Source: an uncultured Chloroflexia bacterium (GTDB taxonomy: Bacteria; Chloroflexota; Limnocylindria; Limnocylindrales; CSP1-4). Taken from it: DNA of 64,000 bases. The stretch lies in contig CAVVYR010000008.1 in the NCBI GenBank assembly GCA_963752475.1, positions 224,001 to 288,000 on the forward strand. Direction: 5' to 3'. This document shows, piece after piece, positions 20,087 to 30,690 of this stretch (positions are counted from its first letter, which is position 1; each line of letters starts with the position of its first letter). Made by a program: the position numbers and the translations under genes. The notes beneath the pieces were generated by a model, which saw only the letters and a program-made list of their open reading frames with translations, was not told the origin of the DNA and searched no databases.

Positions 20087-20154
20087 ATACCCATCAGTAT
20101 CCACATACCGTCTGGCATGTCAATACCTTTCAGTATATGAATACCAAGTGGTAT
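20087..20154. promoter_or_regulatory. Four tandem TetR-type operators (ATAC-N6-GTAT) at exact 18-bp spacing
   Basis: Sites begin at 20087, 20105 (GCAT variant), 20123 and 20141 in the divergent ABC/TetR intergenic region. Confidence 0.8.
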
Positions 20155-20164
20155 CCTTCGAGCC

Positions 20165-20956
20165 ATGTCCAGGGAAACGAAGGCCGACAAGGCGGTTCGA
20201 GACGCCGCCGACGAGATCCGTCGCGAGACGCGCGCGGCCGCAGCTGAGGTGCGCCTGGAGCTGGGTGCAGCCAAGCGCGAGACGAGCGCAGCGATGCGAG
20301 AGGCCATGGCGGAGGTTCGAGCTGCGCTGAGCGCGATCTGGGAGCCAGAAGAGGCAGCCCCGTCCTCCACCAAGTCCGGCACCGGTGGACGTATGTCACG
20401 CGCTCAGCGCAAGGAGATGACCCGCGAGCTGCTGCTCGACGCAGCCATCGAGGTCTTCGCCGCGAAGGGCTACCACGGCGCCTCGCTCGACGACGTGGCC
20501 GACGCTGCCGGTTTCACGAAGGGCGCGGTCTATTCCAACTTCACCCGCAAGTCGGATCTCTTCCGTGCGCTTCTCGAACGCGAGGCTGGTCGCTATGACG
20601 AGGCGCTCACACAGACCGTGCTGAAGGTGCCGCTGGAGCTCTTGCCGGACGTGGCCGCGGAGCTGTTGGCAGCACCGGAGTCCGACCCCGAGACGCAGGT
20701 ACTGCTGGTCGAGTTCTGGTTGGCGGCCGTCCGGGACCCTAGCCTGCGACGATCCTTGCTGAACACCACCGAAGTCGTCGGTGAGGCCGTGGACACCAAG
20801 CTGCGGGAGTCAGGCACACAGCCCGGGTTCAGCGGTCGCCAATTCGCGGTCGTCTTCGACGCGCTCGTGACCGGGTTGCTGATGAACCGGACCCTCGACC
20901 CGGACGGCGATCAGCCGGAGCTGCTGGCTCGCGCGATGCGCAAGCTGCTGGCCTAG
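20165..20956 (+). CDS. TetR/AcrR family regulator with an N-terminal helical extension
   Basis: HTH LLDAAIEVFAAKGYHGASLDDVADAAGFTKGAVYSNF; alternative start at the internal MSRAQRK Met. Confidence 0.92.
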   Translation: MSRETKADKAVRDAADEIRRETRAAAAEVRLELGAAKRETSAAMREAMAEVRAALSAIWEPEEAAPSSTKSGTGGRMSRAQRKEMTRELLLDAAIEVFAAKGYHGASLDDVADAAGFTKGAVYSNFTRKSDLFRALLEREAGRYDEALTQTVLKVPLELLPDVAAELLAAPESDPETQVLLVEFWLAAVRDPSLRRSLLNTTEVVGEAVDTKLRESGTQPGFSGRQFAVVFDALVTGLLMNRTLDPDGDQPELLARAMRKLLA

Positions 20957-21123
20957 GTCGCGAGGCGGTCCTTCACCGAGCGGATCATCGTCAGCCGCTC
21001 GACGGCCGCGGGTTCCTGTGCCGGACGCCGCAGCTCGCCGACGGCAACGGCGCCGCGGGCAGCATCGGTGGAGGGTAGCGCTGCGGATGTGCCAGAGGCA
21101 GCCGGGCGACGCATACTGAGGCC

Positions 21124-21591
21124 ATGAGATCCACACTCATGATCGCCCTCGCGGCCCTGCTGCTCCTCACCCTCAGCGCCTGTCGCGCACTCCCCACCGG
21201 CTTCCTCGACGCTGATGGTGACCCGACCATCGAAGCCGAGCCCACGCCCATCACCAAGACCTACTGCGAATCGGGCGCCGACCTGCGGACCGATGTCGAG
21301 TTCCTGCGCTCCGTCGAGGTCTCCGACGATGGGCTGCTCCAGCTCATCGTCTCGGTCGATGCCACGCTGGGCGAGGCGCGGACGTTCGCGATCCTCGCGG
21401 GCGAGGAGTTCGGTCCCTCCGTCGAGGACGTGATCCTGTCGCTGCAGGACCTGCGAGATATCGCCGATGAGCTCGAGGACCAGGAGACCATCGGCGCGGG
21501 TATCGCCACGCTCGGTGAGTCGATCACCGCCGTCGGCGAAGCGATGGACGTGCTGGCACTACAGCTGCGCGAACCCTGCCCGGAGGCATAG
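21124..21591 (+). CDS. Hypothetical lipoprotein
   Basis: Lipobox LSAC; helical acidic body bracketed by two Cys. Confidence 0.75.
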   Translation: MRSTLMIALAALLLLTLSACRALPTGFLDADGDPTIEAEPTPITKTYCESGADLRTDVEFLRSVEVSDDGLLQLIVSVDATLGEARTFAILAGEEFGPSVEDVILSLQDLRDIADELEDQETIGAGIATLGESITAVGEAMDVLALQLREPCPEA

Positions 21592-21593
21592 CC

Positions 21594-22436
21594 ATGAGGA
21601 TCGTCGTCACGGGAGGCAGCGGCAAGGGCGGCCGTTGGGTCGTGGAGCGCCTGCGTGCTTCGGGCTACGACGTGCTCAACGTCGACTGGACGCACGACGG
21701 CAGCGCCCATGGTCTCTGCCTCGTGGCCGACCTGACCGACCCGGGCCAGGCGCTCGAGGCACTCGCGGGAGCGGATGCGGTGGTGCACTTCGCGGCCATC
21801 CCGGCACCTGAGGTACGACCGCCCGCGGAGACCTTCCGCATCAACATGCTCTCGGCCTACAACGTCTTCGCCGCGGCTGAGGCGCAGGAGCTTGGGCGCG
21901 TCGTGTACGCCTCGAGCGAGACGGTCCTCGGCCTGCCCTTCGACGAGCCGCCGGCCTTCGCGCCCATCGACGAGACACACCCCTCCCGACCGGAATCGTC
22001 GTACTCGCTATCGAAGCTCGCTGGCGAAGCCATCGCCGCACAGTTCGTCCGGCGCACGAAGGTGCCCTACATCGGCCTGCGCATCAGCAACATCATGGAG
22101 CCGGAGGACTACCGGGCCTTCCCCGGCTACTGGGACGACCCCCTGCTGCGCAAGTGGAACCTGTGGGGCTACGTCGATGCTCGTGACGTCGCGGCTGCCG
22201 TCGAACAAGCACTCACCGCTGAGGTCGCCGGACACGAGATCGCCATCATCGCGGCGGCTGACACGTGCATGACGCGCACGAGCAGCGACCTCATGGCCGA
22301 GGTGTATCCGGATGTCCGCCTGACGCGTGAGGTGCGCGGCCACGAGACGCTGCTGGCGATCGATCGTGCGCGCGAGGTGCTGGGCTACGAGCCCAGCCAC
22401 AGCTGGCGGGACGAGGTGGACGAACCGCGCGGCTGA
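21594..22436 (+). CDS. NAD-dependent epimerase/dehydratase
   Basis: VTGGSGKGG, VVHFAA, YASS and YSLSK (YxxxK). Confidence 0.92.
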   Translation: MRIVVTGGSGKGGRWVVERLRASGYDVLNVDWTHDGSAHGLCLVADLTDPGQALEALAGADAVVHFAAIPAPEVRPPAETFRINMLSAYNVFAAAEAQELGRVVYASSETVLGLPFDEPPAFAPIDETHPSRPESSYSLSKLAGEAIAAQFVRRTKVPYIGLRISNIMEPEDYRAFPGYWDDPLLRKWNLWGYVDARDVAAAVEQALTAEVAGHEIAIIAAADTCMTRTSSDLMAEVYPDVRLTREVRGHETLLAIDRAREVLGYEPSHSWRDEVDEPRG

Positions 22437-22443
22437 ACGGCCG

Positions 22444-23094
22444 TCAGGCCGCGTCGAGCTCCGGGTACTCGGGCGTCTGCACGATACCCAGCGTGCCGAG
22501 GGGCCAGAAGCGGAGCCACGCCCGTCCGACGACGTCGTCAGTGTCGACGAGGCCGACCGAGTTGTTGCGTGAGTCGGTCGAGCGCATGCGGTGGTCACCG
22601 AGCACGAGGAGTTGACGTTCGGGCACGTCCCACTCGTTTCCGGCGTTCTTGGCCACGGTGGGCTCGTTCTCGCCTGGCGCCGGGTAGGTGTACTCGGTCT
22701 CGTCGAGCTGCACGCCGTTGACGTAGACGAGGCCGTTGGCGATGACCACGTTGTCACCACCGACGCCGATGACCCGCTTGATGTACGGCGTCTCGTCGGT
22801 CGCACCGTTGGGATGGAAGACGATGATGTCACCACGGGAGTAGTCATCGAAGCGCGGTGTGAGCTTGTCGATGAGCAGATGCTCACCCGACTGCAGCGTG
22901 TTCTGCATCGAGGTCTGCTCGACGCGGAAGGTCTGCACGATGAAGGTCGTGATGATCAGATAGAGGACGATGGCAAGGCCGACCGTGGTGGCGATCTCGA
23001 CGACGGCGTCCTTGATCCTGGAGCGGCTGCTGGGCTGCTCCTGAGCGTCAGGCATCTCTGGGGCTGCTGGATATGGTGCGGGCTCGCCCGTCAC
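22444..23094 (-). CDS. lepB: Signal peptidase I
   Basis: SMQNTL (catalytic Ser), YIKRVIG (Lys), GDHRMRSTDSR; GTG start with AGAGGTG RBS. Confidence 0.93.
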   Translation of the reverse strand: MTGEPAPYPAAPEMPDAQEQPSSRSRIKDAVVEIATTVGLAIVLYLIITTFIVQTFRVEQTSMQNTLQSGEHLLIDKLTPRFDDYSRGDIIVFHPNGATDETPYIKRVIGVGGDNVVIANGLVYVNGVQLDETEYTYPAPGENEPTVAKNAGNEWDVPERQLLVLGDHRMRSTDSRNNSVGLVDTDDVVGRAWLRFWPLGTLGIVQTPEYPELDAA

Positions 23095-23200
23095 GTAGTC
23101 ACCTCTGAAGGTAGGGCATGCGCCGGGTATGCAGGCGCTGGGCCCAAGAGTAGCCGCTATCGCGGTTCTGCTCCTGTGGTGATCCTCGTGCGGCCGCCGG

Positions 23201-24352
23201 CTACAGGTCGGACGGATCCTCCACCGGCTCGGCCGTCGCGACCTCGGTCTCGACAGGCGCGGGATCGTCGGTCGCTGCGGCGGTGTCGACCAGCTCCCAG
23301 ACATCGGACTTGGCGCCGTTCGCGGCCTCGCCACCGAATAGCAGCATGCGGCCACGCTCGACATCGGTGATGAGGGTACCGGCGGATCGTGCCGCCGGGT
23401 GGTTGCCGTCGACACGCACGCGTTCGAAGGCCAGCGTCTCGCGGTCGACACGCCAAAGGTCGGAGAGCTTGGCGTTGTCCTCCCCTGCCCCGCCGAAGAT
23501 GTAGGCGTCCGCGCCAGCCTCGGTCACGCCGTACAGCCGTCGCCAATCGGCCCGCGGCTCGTCGTGCTTGGCCCAGGTCTTGGTCTTGCCCGTCGACCAC
23601 AGGTCGCCGAGAGCGAAGTTGCCGTCGTCCTGACCGCCATAGAGCACGAGGTCGCCGGCCGCCGAGGTGAAGCACTCGTGGAGGCAGCGCTCTCCGGGCT
23701 TGCGACCGTCGGGCGTGATGACCGCCCACCTCTCGGTCTTGAGGTTGTAGGCGCGGGTGTCGTCGAAGCGGCCCGAGTCGGTGAATCCGTGGCTGATCCA
23801 GAGGCGGCCATCCGGGCCCACGACCATGCACGAGCCGTAGCGGCGCTTGGGCACCTGGCCCTTGGCCGGCAGCTCTCGCCAGCGCTTCTTGTCCGCGTCG
23901 TAGACCCACAGATCATCGAAGAAGTCGTCACCCAGCTGTCCGGCGAAGACGACCATGCCCAGGCCCTCGGCCCAGACGGCGTTGTGCCCGAAGCGTGGTT
24001 CGGGTGTCTTGCCCTTGGGCTTGATCTTCTTCCACACGTCCTTGGTCAGGTCGTATCGCCAGAGGTCGCCGTACTCCTTGCTCCCGTCGCGGCCGCCGAA
24101 GAGGTAGGCGAAGCGCCCCTCGGCGTCGACGGTCCAGGTGTGGTCCTCACGCGCTGCGGGGCCGCGATCCAGCGTGATCTTGCGCCACTTGGGCTCGACG
24201 AGATCGATGGTGGGGTCGGTCGCCTGTGCCGCCGGGGCGGTCGCGGGCGATGCCGAAGGGTCGGGTTCGGTCTCGGCCTGGGCGAGCGCTGAGCCCCCCA
24301 GCGCGGAGAACGAGAAGGCCAGCACAAGGCTGGTGACGAGTGTTCTGCGCAT
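23201..24352 (-). CDS. Secreted Kelch-repeat beta-propeller protein
   Basis: Signal peptide; repeated FGG..DLW.Y....W units. Confidence 0.88.
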   Translation of the reverse strand: MRRTLVTSLVLAFSFSALGGSALAQAETEPDPSASPATAPAAQATDPTIDLVEPKWRKITLDRGPAAREDHTWTVDAEGRFAYLFGGRDGSKEYGDLWRYDLTKDVWKKIKPKGKTPEPRFGHNAVWAEGLGMVVFAGQLGDDFFDDLWVYDADKKRWRELPAKGQVPKRRYGSCMVVGPDGRLWISHGFTDSGRFDDTRAYNLKTERWAVITPDGRKPGERCLHECFTSAAGDLVLYGGQDDGNFALGDLWSTGKTKTWAKHDEPRADWRRLYGVTEAGADAYIFGGAGEDNAKLSDLWRVDRETLAFERVRVDGNHPAARSAGTLITDVERGRMLLFGGEAANGAKSDVWELVDTAAATDDPAPVETEVATAEPVEDPSDL

Positions 24353-24477
24353 GGTCAGCGATGGTGCCTCTGCTCCGTGACGTGTCGATGACGTGGGTTG
24401 GATTCGCTCGACTCCAAGCGTAGGCTGTCGGCATCCGCCGGGCGCGACCCGGTCAGTTCGTGCATAGGAGGGAAGGC

Positions 24478-24852
24478 ATGATCAAGGAGTTCCGGGAGTT
24501 CCTGTTCCGGGGCAATGTCGTGGACCTGGCCGTCGCGGTCGTCATCGGTGCCGCGTTCGGGACCATCATCACCTCGTTCGTGGAGGACATCCTGACCCCG
24601 CTGCTGGGGCTCCTTGGGATCCCCGACTTCACGACCTGGGTCATCGAGATCGGTGACGCAGAGATGCGCATCGGCCTGTTCCTCAACGCCCTTATCTCCT
24701 TCGGGCTCATCGCGGCCGCGATCTTCTTCGTCGTGGTCAAGCCGATGCAGGCCATCCAGGCCGCCCGGGCTAGCGAAGAGGAGGAAGAGGAAGCCGGTCC
24801 CAGCGAGGTCGATCTGCTGACCGAGATCCGCGACGAGCTTCGCAAGGGCTGA
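24478..24852 (+). CDS. mscL: Large-conductance mechanosensitive channel
   Basis: EFREFLFRGNVVDLAVAVVIGAAF...LLTEIRD. Confidence 0.96.
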   Translation: MIKEFREFLFRGNVVDLAVAVVIGAAFGTIITSFVEDILTPLLGLLGIPDFTTWVIEIGDAEMRIGLFLNALISFGLIAAAIFFVVVKPMQAIQAARASEEEEEEAGPSEVDLLTEIRDELRKG

Positions 24853-24877
24853 CGCGACTCACCGAAAGACGACGAAA

Positions 24878-24934
24878 CGGGCGCCCATCCGGGCGCCCGC
24901 CTGCTGATCGAAGGGGCGCCGAGTGGCGCCCCTT
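24878..24934. terminator. Two tandem hairpins between convergent mscL and rplY
   Basis: CGGGCGCCC-ATCC-GGGCGCCCG and AAGGGGCGCC-GAGT-GGCGCCCCTT. Confidence 0.75.
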
Positions 24935-24946
24935 TGGTGTGTCTGG

Positions 24947-25633
24947 TTAGCCGGCGTCCTCGGCGGACTCGCCACCCTCGGTGGCTTCCTCGCCTTCGGT
25001 CTCGCCCTCGGCAGCCTCGGCGCCTTCCTCGAGCTCCTCGCCCTCGGCAGCCTCGGGGTAGATCTCTTCCTCGACGCGCGGCGGCTGGACGCGCGCCAGC
25101 GGCTCCTCCGGGTCGGTCAGGATCTCCACACCCTCGGGCACGTTGAGGTCGCTCACGTGGAGCACGGCTTCGAACGAGTCGAGCGGCGTGATATCCAGGT
25201 CGATAGCCGACGGCAGCTCCGTGGCCAGGGCGCTGATCGACACGCTCTCGCGAAGGTGGAGCAGCGTGCCGCCCAGCTTGTCCGCGGCGGTGGAGTCACC
25301 CATGTAGTTGACGGGCACATCGATGGTGATGGCCTCGGTCATGGAGACGACCTGGAAGTCGACGTGCATGGGGTTGCGCTTGACCGGGTGCTCGTGGATG
25401 CCCTGCAACAGCACCGGCGTGGCCCTGGCCTTGCCGATCTTCAGGTCGACCAGCGTGTTCTTGGTCGTGGTGCGACGAAGGACATCGAACTCGCGCGCGT
25501 CAAGCTGGATGTTCTGGGACTCCGTGCCTCCGCCGTAGACCACGGCGGGCAGGACGCCTTCACGGCGCAGATTGCTGACCTTCTTGCCGACGACCTCTCG
25601 GGGCTCGGCAGACACGACCGGACGGGTGCTCAC
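24947..25633 (-). CDS. rplY: 50S ribosomal protein L25 (CTC long form)
   Basis: LRREGVLPAVVYG, HVDFQ and acidic tail. Confidence 0.95.
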   Translation of the reverse strand: MSTRPVVSAEPREVVGKKVSNLRREGVLPAVVYGGGTESQNIQLDAREFDVLRRTTTKNTLVDLKIGKARATPVLLQGIHEHPVKRNPMHVDFQVVSMTEAITIDVPVNYMGDSTAADKLGGTLLHLRESVSISALATELPSAIDLDITPLDSFEAVLHVSDLNVPEGVEILTDPEEPLARVQPPRVEEEIYPEAAEGEELEEGAEAAEGETEGEEATEGGESAEDAG

Positions 25634-25779
25634 TGGATGACCTCTAGGAAATCGTTGGTCCGACTAGGCGGACGGTTGCTCCGCTCTGGGCAGACAGACG
25701 GACGTCCTACTGGGTGGACGGCCGTGAATCGTAGCACGTACGGCCGAAATGTCACTCCGATGTACCATCGATGCACTCT

Positions 25780-26478
25780 ATGTCAGCAACCATCCTCATC
25801 GTCGAAGACGAATACGCGGTCGCCCGCGGAATCCAATACGCCCTCGAGCAGGAGGGCTATCAGGTCACCGTGGCCGGTTCAGGCGAGGAAGCGCTCGAGA
25901 TCGCCGGTGAGCTCGCGCCGGACCTCGTGGTGCTCGATGTGCGCATGCCCGGGATCGATGGCTTCGAGACGCTGCGACGCCTGCGTTCGGATGGCTCCAA
26001 GGCTCCGGTGCTGATGCTGACCGCACGCGACGAAGAGATGGACAAGGTCATCGGCCTGGAGATGGGCGCGGACGACTACATGACCAAGCCCTTCGGCCTG
26101 CGCGAGCTGCAGAGCCGCATCAAGGCCCTTCTGCGTCGTGCCTACGGCGACCTCGCGGACGCCATGGGCGGTCGCCTCCTCCGCCACCGCGACCTCGTCA
26201 TCGACCTCGACCGGCGCCGGGTCCAGCGCGGCGAGAAGCGCATCAGCCTCACGGCCACGGAATTCGAGATCCTGCGCCACCTCGCGTCCAAGCCCGGACG
26301 GGTCTTCTCGCGGCGTGAGCTGCTGGAGCTGGTGCGCGACTACGAGGCGCTGGACCAGGACGAAAAGACCATCAACGTCCACGTCAGCCACCTGCGCGAG
26401 AAGCTCGAGGACGACCCTGTCGATCCCACCTTCATCCTCACCATCCGTGGTGCCGGCTACGCCTTCGCCGAGCGCTGA
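25780..26478 (+). CDS. OmpR-family response regulator
   Basis: ILIVEDE, LDVRMPG, GADDYMTKPF and winged helix (TIRGAGY). Confidence 0.95.
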   Translation: MSATILIVEDEYAVARGIQYALEQEGYQVTVAGSGEEALEIAGELAPDLVVLDVRMPGIDGFETLRRLRSDGSKAPVLMLTARDEEMDKVIGLEMGADDYMTKPFGLRELQSRIKALLRRAYGDLADAMGGRLLRHRDLVIDLDRRRVQRGEKRISLTATEFEILRHLASKPGRVFSRRELLELVRDYEALDQDEKTINVHVSHLREKLEDDPVDPTFILTIRGAGYAFAER

Positions 26479-26488
26479 GTAAGGGCTG

Positions 26489-28045
26489 ATGGCCGGCGGA
26501 TCCACCTCCGCGCCCGACTACTCGACGGGCTATCGCGCCCTCGCCTCGAGCTACCGCACCCGGCTCTTCATGGCCATCGTGGTCGTGGTCGCCGTGGTCC
26601 TCGGCCTCGTCCTGCTGTCCCTGCCGCGACTGCTGGAGGGCTTCTTCCAGGAGCAGGAGCAGATCGTTCTCGACGCGCGCGTCGAGTCCGTAGCCACCAT
26701 CCTCGCGGGCGAGCTGGCTGAGGTCTCAGCCAGTGGCACTCGCCCACTCATCACGCCTGGCGAGTCGGCACCCGGTGGATCGACCGAGTGGACGCTCGGT
26801 GACGCCGAGGAGGGCTCCGTGCGGGAGTTGACCGATCGCGTGGCCCAGGCCGACGTGCACGTGGCCCTCGCACCAGCGCCCGGCGAGGCCGCGGTTTGGG
26901 AGCTCGACGTGGCCTATCCCGATGACGCGGGCGACGATGGCCAGACGCGCGACCCGGACCTCTCGGCCACCTTCAGCACGACGGTCGACGACCTCTGGTA
27001 TCCGTCCGCCCCCGAGCGGGGGCTGACGGTCACTCTGAGCAACCCCTTCACCTCGTACGAGCAGACCACCGCCACCATCACCGAGGTCCTGCTCAACGCT
27101 GCTCTTGTGGCCCTGGTCGTGGCCCTGCTGACCGCGCTGCTGCTGGCCCAGTGGCTGGCGCGTCCGCTACGCCGGCTGACCGTGACCTCGCGCCTGCTGG
27201 CCGAGGGCCATCTTGACGCACGCGTGGAGATCCCCGCCAACTCCCCGCCGGAGGTGCAGGAGCTGTCCGATGCCTTCAACGACATGGCCGAGCGACTGCA
27301 GGAGTCCGTCGTGATCATCAGTGCCGATCGAGACCGCAGCCGCGAGTTCGTGGCCGACGTCTCACATGAGTTGCGCACGCCCATCGCAGCCATGCGCACG
27401 TTCAACGAGCTGCTGCTCGAGGGCGCGGCCGAGGACCCCGAGACGCGTGAGGAGTTCCTGCGCGGCAGCCGCCAGCAACTGGAGCGGCTCGACTGGCTGG
27501 CAGCCAATCTGCTGGAGCTCTCCAAGCTCGACTCGGGTCTGGTGGCCCTGCAACTGCGTGACGAAGACCTGCGCACGACGGTGGAGGATTCGGTGGACCA
27601 TGCCGAGCCGATGGCCGAGCGCAAGGGCGTGGCGCTGCGCACGCATCTGCCCGACACCGAGGTGAGCCTGCCACACGATCCTCCGCGCTTGGGCCAGGTC
27701 CTGGGCAACCTCATCGGCAACGCCGTCAAGTTCACGCCCGAGGGTGGGGCCGTCGACGTGACGGTCGAAGCCACTCCCGAGGGCGCGACCCTGGCCGTCA
27801 GCGACACCGGCGTGGGCATCGATCCCGATGAGCTCGAGCACGTCTTCGACCGCTTCTATCGTGGTACACGACGGCGCGTGGAGCGGGCTGGCGGCTCCGG
27901 GCTCGGGCTGGCCATCGCTCGTTCGATCGTGGACATGCACCACGGGCGCATCTCCATCTCCAGTACGCCCGACGTGGGGACGGAGGTCGTGGTCACGTTG
28001 CCGCGGGACGTTGCGGCTTCTTCACCCGCCGACTCCCGGGGTTGA
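26489..28045 (+). CDS. Sensor histidine kinase (2 TM, HAMP, HisKA, HATPase)
   Basis: SHELRTP, NLIGNAVKF, DTGVGI and GSGLGLAI. Confidence 0.95.
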   Translation: MAGGSTSAPDYSTGYRALASSYRTRLFMAIVVVVAVVLGLVLLSLPRLLEGFFQEQEQIVLDARVESVATILAGELAEVSASGTRPLITPGESAPGGSTEWTLGDAEEGSVRELTDRVAQADVHVALAPAPGEAAVWELDVAYPDDAGDDGQTRDPDLSATFSTTVDDLWYPSAPERGLTVTLSNPFTSYEQTTATITEVLLNAALVALVVALLTALLLAQWLARPLRRLTVTSRLLAEGHLDARVEIPANSPPEVQELSDAFNDMAERLQESVVIISADRDRSREFVADVSHELRTPIAAMRTFNELLLEGAAEDPETREEFLRGSRQQLERLDWLAANLLELSKLDSGLVALQLRDEDLRTTVEDSVDHAEPMAERKGVALRTHLPDTEVSLPHDPPRLGQVLGNLIGNAVKFTPEGGAVDVTVEATPEGATLAVSDTGVGIDPDELEHVFDRFYRGTRRRVERAGGSGLGLAIARSIVDMHHGRISISSTPDVGTEVVVTLPRDVAASSPADSRG

Positions 28046-28108
28046 ATCAGCGAGCCCTAGTCTTGGGAGCCCGTCGTTCCGTGCCCGTGACCGGAGTAGC
28101 TCGCCCAT

Positions 28109-29428
<1,320 letters not shown>

Positions 29429-29437
29429 CGCGAGCGC

Positions 29438-29797
29438 TCAACGCTGGCGCCGGATCTCCACCTCGGCCCATTCCACCGACGCGTCCATCGGCACGGCCAG
29501 CTTGCGGACGCGGATGATGACCGCCGCAGCCTTGGGCGCGGCCTCCAGCGCACCCCGCGCGAGCGCGCCGGCGAGGCCCTCGAGCAGCGCATAGCTGTGG
29601 CCTTCGGTCGTGCGCTCGGTCATCGTCACCAAGGGCCCGTAGTCGATCGTATCGGCCAGGTCGTCGGTAGCCGTGGCCGCCGAGAGATCGGCCTCGAGCA
29701 CCAGGTCGATCTCCAGCATCTGGGGGAAGGCCCGCTCGTCTGGGGTCGCACCGATGCGGCACTCGTAGCGCATGGAGTCGAGCGAGATCCGGTCCAT
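29438..29797 (-). CDS. folB: Dihydroneopterin aldolase
   Basis: DDLADTIDY, LLEGLA and VRKL motifs; follows folP. Confidence 0.9.
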   Translation of the reverse strand: MDRISLDSMRYECRIGATPDERAFPQMLEIDLVLEADLSAATATDDLADTIDYGPLVTMTERTTEGHSYALLEGLAGALARGALEAAPKAAAVIIRVRKLAVPMDASVEWAEVEIRRQR

Positions 29798-29808
29798 CTG
29801 CGTGCCTC

Positions 29809-30690
29809 CTAGGGCTGGGTCTGTCCTTCGGTCCAGCCACCTCGGATGATGGCATCGCTCATGCGGGCGGTGCGGACGTTGGCGGCCACGTCATGCACGC
29901 GCACGATGTCGACACCAGCGGCGATCCCGAGGGCGGTCGTGGCCAGCGTGCCCTCCAGACGCTCGTCGGCGGGCAGGTCGAGGACCTTGCCGATGGTGGA
30001 CTTGCGGCTCGTGCCCAGGAGCACGGCACGGTTGAGTCCCGCCAGCATCGCGAGGTTACCCAGCACGGCCAGGTTCTGCTCCGCGGTCTTGCCGAAGCCG
30101 ATGCCGGGATCGATGATCAGCGACTCCGGTCGGCAGCCCTGCGCCTCAGCTTGTTCCAGCGTGGCGCGCAGGTCCCCCAACGTCTCAGACACGACGTCCT
30201 CGTAGACCGGCTGAGCTCGGCTGTGCATCACGATGTAGGGCGCGTCGTGGGCCGCGGCTACGGGTGCCAGGGCCGCCCCGGCGGTGACGCCGGCGACGTC
30301 GTTGATGATGTCCGCACCGGCCTCGAGGGCCGCCCTTGCCACCTGCTCCTTGCTCGTGTCGACGCTGATGGGCAGGCCCGAGGATTCCTCGCGGATGGCG
30401 CCCACGACCGCCACCACCCGCTCCAGCTCATCCTCCACGCTCACCGGCTCGTGGCCGGGACGGGTGGACTCGCCACCGACGTCGATGATGTCGGCGCCTT
30501 CGGCGACCATGCGCCGGGCCTGGGCCACGGCAGCCACGACGGGACTGCCGCCTGCGAACAGGCCATCACCGCTGAACGAGTCGGGCGTCATGTTGACGAT
30601 GCCCATGACGTAGGTGCGCTCGCCGAAGCGCAGCTCGAGGTCACGGACGCGGATGGCTTCAGGCATCGGTATCGCTGATGGTGCCCGCAA
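29809..30690 (-). CDS. folP: Dihydropteroate synthase
   Basis: MGIVNMTPDSFSGDG, GGESTRPG, DPGIGFGK, SRKS and VRVHDV. Confidence 0.96.
   Translation of the reverse strand: MRAPSAIPMPEAIRVRDLELRFGERTYVMGIVNMTPDSFSGDGLFAGGSPVVAAVAQARRMVAEGADIIDVGGESTRPGHEPVSVEDELERVVAVVGAIREESSGLPISVDTSKEQVARAALEAGADIINDVAGVTAGAALAPVAAAHDAPYIVMHSRAQPVYEDVVSETLGDLRATLEQAEAQGCRPESLIIDPGIGFGKTAEQNLAVLGNLAMLAGLNRAVLLGTSRKSTIGKVLDLPADERLEGTLATTALGIAAGVDIVRVHDVAANVRTARMSDAIIRGGWTEGQTQP

Noticed and set aside
24911-24934. GTGGCGCCCC as another copy of the att-like repeat
   Set aside because: It is one arm of the terminator hairpin and lacks the downstream conserved tail.
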